From: Candidatus Methylomirabilia bacterium
GTDB lineage: Bacteria > Methylomirabilota > Methylomirabilia > Rokubacteriales > CSP1-6
Length of the DNA: 50,750 nucleotides
Reading direction: 5' to 3'
Assembly: GCA_041492755.1 (NCBI GenBank)
Contig: JBGPXN010000010.1
Coordinates: forward strand, 1-50,750
Part shown: positions 45,105 through 50,750 of the stretch, one piece after another
Numbering within the stretch: the stretch's first letter is position 1
Layout: every line of letters starts with the position of its first letter
Position numbers and translations under genes: made by a program
Notes under the pieces: model-generated
What the model was told of the DNA's origin: nothing
The model's database searches: none
Seen by the model: only the letters and a program-made list of their open reading frames with translations

Positions 45105-46018
45105 TACGGTCTCCTTGCCGGCGTTGCCATCATCGCCCTCGGCGGCCGCGCTACCCAGCGCTGGCCTTCCATCTGCCGGGCCCGGCCCGCCAGCTCCAGC
45201 CGCACCAACGTACGCGCCAGCTGGCCGGGGCTCAGCGCCGACGCCGCGAGCAACCGCTCGATGTGCAACGGCTCGTGCGGCGTGAGCAGGGCGAGCACTC
45301 GCCCCTCGTCGCTGTCGTCCATGGGGGGATCCGCTTCGGCCGCGGGCCCCACCGGGTCGCGCACGGCGCGACGCCACGGCTCGGGTAATTCTTGCACGAC
45401 GTCCGTCCAGTTCCGTACCAGTTTAGCACCGTCCAAAATGAGCCGGTTCGGACCGCGGCTCGTTTCCGCCGTCACCGGCCCCGGCACCGCGAAGACCTCG
45501 CGGCCCAAATCGCCTGCAAATCCAGCGGTGATCAGCGCGCCGCTCCGCTCGCCCGCCTCCACGACCACCACGCCGAGGGCCAGACCCGCGATGGTTCGGT
45601 TGCGTGCCGGAAAGTGCCAAGAATTCGCCGGTGCCCCCGGTGGAAACTGAGAAACAGCCGCACCTGCACTTTCGATGTCGACCAGCAGGCGGCGATTCTC
45701 GGTGGGATAGACGAGATCGATTCCGGTGCCCAGGACGGCGATGGTACGGCCACCGGCTGCGAGCGCACCGCGATGGGCGGCCGTGTCGATGCCGCGGGCC
45801 AGGCCGCTGACCACGGTCACGCCCCGCGCGGCGAGATCTGCGGCGATCATCTCCGCGACCGCGACGCCGTAGGGGCTGGGGCGCCGCGTGCCGACGATGG
45901 CAATGGCGAGCGCGTCGTCGCTCTCGATCGTGCCTCGCACGTAAAGAGCGGGCGGTGACGCGATCGTTGCGAGGAGCCGTGGATAACCGGGATCACGAGC
46001 GCCGAGCCGCTTCGACAT
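45104..46018 (-). CDS. dprA: DNA-processing protein DprA (short form without N-terminal SAM domain)
   Basis: YP..L..I..PP.LY.RG, AIVGTR, VSGLARGID, FP.RNR.IAG, VVEA...SG.LITA, C-terminal winged helix. Confidence 0.93.
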   Translation of the reverse strand: MSKRLGARDPGYPRLLATIASPPALYVRGTIESDDALAIAIVGTRRPSPYGVAVAEMIAADLAARGVTVVSGLARGIDTAAHRGALAAGGRTIAVLGTGIDLVYPTENRRLLVDIESAGAAVSQFPPGAPANSWHFPARNRTIAGLALGVVVVEAGERSGALITAGFAGDLGREVFAVPGPVTAETSRGPNRLILDGAKLVRNWTDVVQELPEPWRRAVRDPVGPAAEADPPMDDSDEGRVLALLTPHEPLHIERLLAASALSPGQLARTLVRLELAGRARQMEGQRWVARPPRAMMATPARRP

Positions 46019-46235
46019 CTCATCCCGACTACACCCTGCCGAAGCCGCGGTCAACAATCCAAATGGATACAGCGCCCGGCGCAAGTTGCTCGGTCAGGAC
46101 GCCCCTTTATCCTTCACCGCCATCGCGTCTCTGTAGGGATCGTGCGTCGATTCTTCACGTCTTCCTGCGCGACATCCGCGCAGGAACGGCAAGGCAGAAC
46201 GGTTTATCCAGACGGCGCTCATCTACAGTAATGAG

Positions 46236-46661
46236 CTAGTCCGGACCGCGCGCCTCCAGCACCGAGACGGCGGACACTTCGACGACGTCCTCAGAGTGCT
46301 CGCAATAGCTCCCGGTGTAGCCGATCGAGCCGATCGGCGGAGTCCGCTGCCGCCAGCCGGACTCACCTCCTTGTGACCGCGAGCTGCTCGAATTTCGCTG
46401 GGCGAACTGGTCCGTCTCCGCGGCCGCGTTGACAAGCTTGAGGAGCGGTTCGATGGCGACGGTGTTGCGCGTGGCGTACTCCGCGAGCGTCAGCCCGAGA
46501 TAGGTCGCGTAGAGCTGCCCTCGCTGGGCGACGTAGAGGCGGCCACCCTGGAGGAGGATGAGGCCGGTGCTTGGATAACGCGAGATCGTCTCGTCCACTC
46601 GCCAGTCGACGGTGTGGCCCTCCTCGCCTTCGGACCGTGGCGTGGCAATGCGCGGCTTCAC
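46236..46661 (-). CDS. Hypothetical protein with a DUF1858-like N-terminal region (Cys-less)
   Basis: V.E.I.RYP.T..I.L..G...TL.E.A....V.IE.LL..VN pattern; start uncertain. Confidence 0.45.
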   Translation of the reverse strand: MKPRIATPRSEGEEGHTVDWRVDETISRYPSTGLILLQGGRLYVAQRGQLYATYLGLTLAEYATRNTVAIEPLLKLVNAAAETDQFAQRNSSSSRSQGGESGWRQRTPPIGSIGYTGSYCEHSEDVVEVSAVSVLEARGPD

Positions 46662-46719
46662 TTGCCCGTTCCCGACCGACGTTTCGGGACAACGCTAGCA
46701 GCCCCACGGTGGCGATGCC

Positions 46720-46740
46720 TATTGGCCCTTGGTCCAATAA
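46720..46740. promoter_or_regulatory. Palindromic operator-like site TATTGG-N8-CCAATA
   Basis: Lies between divergent genes; its GGTCCAATA half recurs at 50288-50296. Confidence 0.5.
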
Positions 46741-46816
46741 CCGCTCTCTTCCCTCGCGCTTGTTATACTCATCACGCCCTTCGCGGGCTGATTCGCGCGC
46801 ACGCCTTTCTCGGTGA

Positions 46817-48829
46817 GTGGAAAGGAGGCTCGACATAGGGCTGGTGTCGCCCCTCGAGTCGCTCCGCGGGCCGGCGCGCTTCGTCACACCGTCGACGCTA
46901 CTGCTGGCGGCGCTGTGGCTTGCGCCTCCCGCGGTCGCCGCCGATCTCCTCGGAGGCAAGACGACCCTCCTGCCGATCTGGGAGCGTGACCACTGGTACG
47001 CCTTCGGCGCGGTGACCCTGATCGTCGCGGAAGCGTTGTTCATCGTCTGGCTACTCCTGCGCCGCGCGGCGCGCAGCCAGGCGAGGCTCGTGCTGGAGGA
47101 GCGGCTACGCTTCGAAGCCCTCCTGTCGGAACTTTCGGCGGGCTTGATTCACATCCCGGCCACCGAGATCGACGTGGCCCTCGAGCGCGCGCTCCAGCAG
47201 GTCGTCGCGTTCCTCGGCGTGGATCGCGCCCGTCTCGACGAATACGTCGAAGAGGGCCAGGGCGTCCGTATCTCGTGGCACCCGCGAGGCCTCGACGCGC
47301 CGCCGACGGTCATGGACGCCGACCAGTTTCCGTGGACTGCCGAGAAACTGCGGCGCGGGGACGTCGTCCGATTCTCACGAACGGAGGAGCTTCCCGAGGA
47401 GGCGGCGATCGATCGGGCCGGTTACGAGCGCGTGGGGACGCGCTCGTACGTCTCCCTCCCGCTGAGCGCCAGTGGCCCCATGCTCGGCGTGCTCTGCTTC
47501 GGCTCCGTTCGGAGCGAACGCGCCTGGCCGGACGCGCTGGTGGAGCGGCTCCGCCTCCTGAGCCAGGCCTTCGCCAGTGCCCTGGAGCGAAAGGGGATGG
47601 AGTTTTCGCTCGCCGACCGCCTGCGCTTCGAGAAGCTCCTGTCCGGCCTGACCGCCACGTTCAGCGATCTGTCGATCGCCGATTTCGATCGAGAGGTCCA
47701 GCGCGGACTTCATCGGATCGTCGAGTTCCTGGGGATCGATCGCGGCAGTCTGATCGAGTTCTTCCGGGACGGCCGGACCGCGCGTTCGTGGACGATCGAG
47801 GAATGGATGGACGTCGACGAGTTCCCCTGGATGACGGCCCAGCTGAAACGCGGAGACATCGTCAGCTTTTCCGAGCTCGAGGACCTTCCGGATGAGGCGG
47901 CCGTGGATCGACAGAGTTATCTCGCCCATCGCGTCAAGCCCTCGGTCGCGGTGCCGTTGCTGGTGGGCGGCACCGTCGTGGGAGGGCTCGTGTTCAGCGC
48001 GGTCGGCGCCGAGCGCGCGAAATCGGACGAGCTGATGCAGCGGCTTCACCTCCTCGGCGAAGTCTTCGCGAATGCGTTGTCGCGCAAGCAGGTGGAGCTC
48101 GAAGCACAGCGGCTCCGGCAGCATCTGGCGCACATCAGCCGGGTCTCGGCCATGGGCGAGCTCACCGCGTCGATGGCCCATGAGTTGAACCAGCCGCTGA
48201 CGGCGATCCTGAGCAACGCGCAGGCCGCCCAGCGCCTCCTCGCGGCCAACGGGGTGAATCTCGACGAGATCCGCGAGATCTTGAGTGACATCGTCGCGGA
48301 CGACAAGCGGGCCGCTGACGTGATCAGCCGACTGCGCGTCCTCCTGAAGAAGGGCGATCTCGAGCAAGTGGTTCTCGACCTCAACGAAGTCGTCAGTGAA
48401 GTGGCGCGGCTCGTGAGGAGCGATGCGATCATCCGCAACGTGTCGATGACCCTCGATCTTGCCGCCGAGCTGCCGCGAGTGCGCGGCGACCGTGTCCAGC
48501 TCCAGCAGGTGGTGCTGAACCTGGTGCTCAATGGCCTCGAAGCCATGCGAGAGCCCGGCGTCGGCGATCGAGCCCTCGTCGTCCGGACGGCCCCGGACGG
48601 CGCGGACGCCGTCCGGGTCGAGGTGCAGGACTCGGGGACGGGCATCGACGAGAAGGACGCCGGTCGCATATTCGAGCCGCTCTACACCACCAAGCTCGAG
48701 GGACTGGGCATGGGCCTGGCGATCGTGCGCACCATCGTCGACGCGCATGGCGGCGGGCTCGGGATCGCGAACAACGTCGGCGGCGGGGCCACCGTATATT
48801 TCACGCTGCCGGTAGCCACCGAGCGATGA
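46817..48829 (+). CDS. Membrane-anchored sensor histidine kinase with tandem GAF domains (FixL/NodV-type kinase core)
   Basis: H-box SMAHELNQPL, N-box QQV.LNL..N..EAM, DSG.G, F.P.YTTK..GLGMGL; two internally repeated GAF-like segments. Confidence 0.93.
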   Translation: MERRLDIGLVSPLESLRGPARFVTPSTLLLAALWLAPPAVAADLLGGKTTLLPIWERDHWYAFGAVTLIVAEALFIVWLLLRRAARSQARLVLEERLRFEALLSELSAGLIHIPATEIDVALERALQQVVAFLGVDRARLDEYVEEGQGVRISWHPRGLDAPPTVMDADQFPWTAEKLRRGDVVRFSRTEELPEEAAIDRAGYERVGTRSYVSLPLSASGPMLGVLCFGSVRSERAWPDALVERLRLLSQAFASALERKGMEFSLADRLRFEKLLSGLTATFSDLSIADFDREVQRGLHRIVEFLGIDRGSLIEFFRDGRTARSWTIEEWMDVDEFPWMTAQLKRGDIVSFSELEDLPDEAAVDRQSYLAHRVKPSVAVPLLVGGTVVGGLVFSAVGAERAKSDELMQRLHLLGEVFANALSRKQVELEAQRLRQHLAHISRVSAMGELTASMAHELNQPLTAILSNAQAAQRLLAANGVNLDEIREILSDIVADDKRAADVISRLRVLLKKGDLEQVVLDLNEVVSEVARLVRSDAIIRNVSMTLDLAAELPRVRGDRVQLQQVVLNLVLNGLEAMREPGVGDRALVVRTAPDGADAVRVEVQDSGTGIDEKDAGRIFEPLYTTKLEGLGMGLAIVRTIVDAHGGGLGIANNVGGGATVYFTLPVATER

Positions 48830-49443
48830 CGCCGGTGGTCTTCATCGTGGACGATGACGCCGGGGTGCGGAAGAGCCTCGCTCGGTTGCTCGGGTCGGCC
48901 GGGTACGCGGTCGAGGCGTTCGCGTCGGCCCGGGAGTTCCTGGCGCGCGAACCGCACGCCGGCCCATGCTGCCTGCTCCTGGACGTGCGGATGCCAGGCC
49001 TCACGGGCCTCGATTTGCAGGAGACGCTGGTGGCGGCAGGGCGGCGGATGTCCATCGTCTTCGTCTCCGGCCACGTCGACGTGCCGATGAGCGTCAAGGC
49101 CATGAAGGGCGGGGCGATCGACCTTCTCACCAAGCCGTTCGACGACAAGGATCTCCTCGGCGCCATCGAGCGGGCCATGGCGAAGGACGTGCAGGCGCTG
49201 GGCGCAGAGGCCCACGTCGCGGAGGTCCGGGAGCGCGTCCAGACACTGACCCCGCGCGAGACCGAGGTGTTCGCCCTCGTCGTGACCGGAATGCTCAACA
49301 AGCAGATCGCGGCCAAGCTCGGCATCGGCGAAAAAACAGTCAAGGTGCACCGCGCCCGGGCCATGGAGAAGATGCAGGCGGGATCAGTGGCCGAGCTGGT
49401 CCGGCTGGCAGACCGAGCGGGCGTGATCGTGCCGAAGTCGTAG
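48826..49443 (+). CDS. FixJ/NodW/TodT-family response regulator (REC + LuxR HTH)
   Basis: VFIVDDD, LLDVRMP, SGH.D..M.V.AMK.GA, TKP, LTPRE.EV...G.LNKQIA, KTVK.HR. Confidence 0.95.
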   Translation: MTPVVFIVDDDAGVRKSLARLLGSAGYAVEAFASAREFLAREPHAGPCCLLLDVRMPGLTGLDLQETLVAAGRRMSIVFVSGHVDVPMSVKAMKGGAIDLLTKPFDDKDLLGAIERAMAKDVQALGAEAHVAEVRERVQTLTPRETEVFALVVTGMLNKQIAAKLGIGEKTVKVHRARAMEKMQAGSVAELVRLADRAGVIVPKS

Positions 49444-49613
49444 CTCCCGGCCGAAGGCCTTTCACGACGAACGTCCCATCGTAGACCCCGGTTCTCTGCA
49501 TGGCGGCATGAGTGACCGCGGACATCTCGAGCCAGTTGGCAGCTCCAGAAGCTCGGGCCGGATCAATCAGCGGCCGCGCACGGCTCCTCAAAAGGATCCA
49601 ACTCGACGAGCTG

Positions 49614-49690
49614 TTGACATTGGCTCATTACCCTGATATTAGTATATACACATAAGATAATTTTAGTGGTTAACACTCAAAGGAGTAAGC
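49614..49690 (+). promoter_or_regulatory. Sigma70-type promoter region and RBS of hsp20
   Basis: Perfect TTGACA at 49614-49619 followed by an AT-rich tract with -10-like hexamers; AAAGGAG RBS. Confidence 0.55.
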
Positions 49691-49691
49691 C

Positions 49692-50135
49692 ATGAACGCC
49701 ATGCTGCGCTGGTCTCCGAGTCGGCAGTTCCACTTCCACCACGGTGTCGACGACCCGTTCGAGAGGTTCTTTGGAGGCACCACGGATGCGGCCGCTCAGC
49801 GTCCGTCGTGGCTTCCCGCCGCGGAGGGGTGGATCGAGAACGGCTCCTACGTCATCCAGCTCGCCCTGCCGGGCGTGGATCCGAAAGACGTCAAGGTGTC
49901 CTTGATGGACAATGTCATCACCGTCAAGGGCGAGCGCAAGGCCGACCACGACACTGTGGGAATGGACTATTTCGTCCGCGAGGTCGCGTACGGCGCGTTC
50001 CAGCGGAATTTCGCCCTTCCCGAGGGCGTCGACGCAACCCAAGTGGAGGCGAAGTCCACGCACGGCATGCTCGAGGTAAGGGTCCCCGCGCCGCAAGCCG
50101 CGACGCCGAGGACAATCGAAGTCAAGGCCGCCTGA
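49692..50135 (+). CDS. Hsp20/alpha-crystallin family small heat shock protein
   Basis: W.P, LPGVDPKDV.V, ITVKGER, RE..YG.F.R.F.LPEGVD, G.LEV.VP, I.V tail. Confidence 0.93.
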   Translation: MNAMLRWSPSRQFHFHHGVDDPFERFFGGTTDAAAQRPSWLPAAEGWIENGSYVIQLALPGVDPKDVKVSLMDNVITVKGERKADHDTVGMDYFVREVAYGAFQRNFALPEGVDATQVEAKSTHGMLEVRVPAPQAATPRTIEVKAA

Positions 50136-50156
50136 TCGAGGCCGGTCCCGACCGAG

Positions 50157-50182
50157 GCCGTGCCGGTCGCGACCGGCACGGC
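50157..50182 (+). terminator. Perfect 26-bp palindrome downstream of hsp20
   Basis: GCCGTGCCGGTCGCGACCGGCACGGC; no U-tract. Confidence 0.5.
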
Positions 50183-50343
50183 TCCCTCAGCACGCTCCGA
50201 AGTCGGAACCCTGGCGGCAGAATCGTGCCGGGGTCCCCTTCCCTGCCACCCTTCGCCCATGCGTGACCTTCACCGATACGTGACTAAGGTCCAATAGCGC
50301 GGCGGGGTGCCGCAGCCTAGAGTCCTCTTGAGGAGGACTCTAC

Positions 50344-50733
50344 GTGAAGAACGTGCCGCTCGTCGCCATCGTGGACGACGACGTCTCGATCCGTCGCTCG
50401 CTCCAGCGCCTGGTCCGGGCCGCGGGCTACACGGTCGAGACGTTCGGCTCCGCCCGCGACTTTCTCGACTGGCTACCCAACGGTCAAGCGGCCTGCCTGG
50501 TCCTCGACGTCCACATGAGCGAGATGACCGGGTTCGAGCTTCAGGAACGACTGGCCGTCCCCGTCATCTTCATCACGGCCCACGATGATGCCCGGACTCG
50601 CCAGCGCATCGAGAAGTCCGGGGCCGCCGGCCACCTACGCAAGCCCTTCGACGAGCAGGCCGTGCTGCAGGCGATCCGTCAGGCCGTCGGAATCGACGGC
50701 GATCCAGTCGGCACGCCGCGTGACGGCGCCTAG
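50344..50733 (+). CDS. Single-domain response regulator (receiver)
   Basis: AIVDDD, LVLDVHM, FITAHD, LRKPFD; GAGGAGG RBS. Confidence 0.92.
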   Translation: MKNVPLVAIVDDDVSIRRSLQRLVRAAGYTVETFGSARDFLDWLPNGQAACLVLDVHMSEMTGFELQERLAVPVIFITAHDDARTRQRIEKSGAAGHLRKPFDEQAVLQAIRQAVGIDGDPVGTPRDGA

Positions 50734-50750
50734 GTTCGAGGCGCGCTGAA

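Noticed and set aside
46131..46228. CTGTAG...CTACAG short inverted repeat as IS ends
   Set aside because: Only 6 bp, with no transposase or target duplication.
49670..49696. CIRCE (HrcA) operator upstream of hsp20
   Set aside because: Only a one-mismatch left half (TTAACACTC); no GAGTGCTAA half at 9-nt spacing.

Overview
High-GC bacterial chromosomal window; gene style and GC-rich palindromic repeats are reminiscent of Methylomirabilota/Rokubacteria, but that assignment is only an impression. Most of it is housekeeping genes in long, translationally coupled minus-strand runs. Left to right: (1) a TIGR02757-rmuC-GroES-like-M20 remnant-MEMO1-DUF1285-PCYCGC cluster; (2) aspartate dehydrogenase and an LLM monooxygenase; (3) korAB-glcDEF-cupin-lutABC-DUF2203-HAD-trxB; (4) a LysR gene divergent from gltBD; (5) lgt-radical SAM-moaA-Cld/ChdC-family; (6) tRNA Gly-Cys-Leu; (7) dprA-topA-xerC-hslVU-argBDFG-comB-pgsA-galT; (8) an accessory-looking tandem-GAF histidine kinase/FixJ-type regulator/Hsp20/receiver block. 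The strongest signal is a probable selenoprotein: the PCYCGC-family gene has an in-frame UGA giving UxxC where the family has CxxC, followed by a SECIS-like hairpin. Other signals are tiny stop-start relay ORFs bridging gene junctions, a GGA-rich candidate sRNA from a symmetric -10 element, a 239-bp MITE-like inverted repeat, an orphan GroES-like gene and an in-frame amber codon in argD. No CRISPR array, rRNA or transposase was seen.
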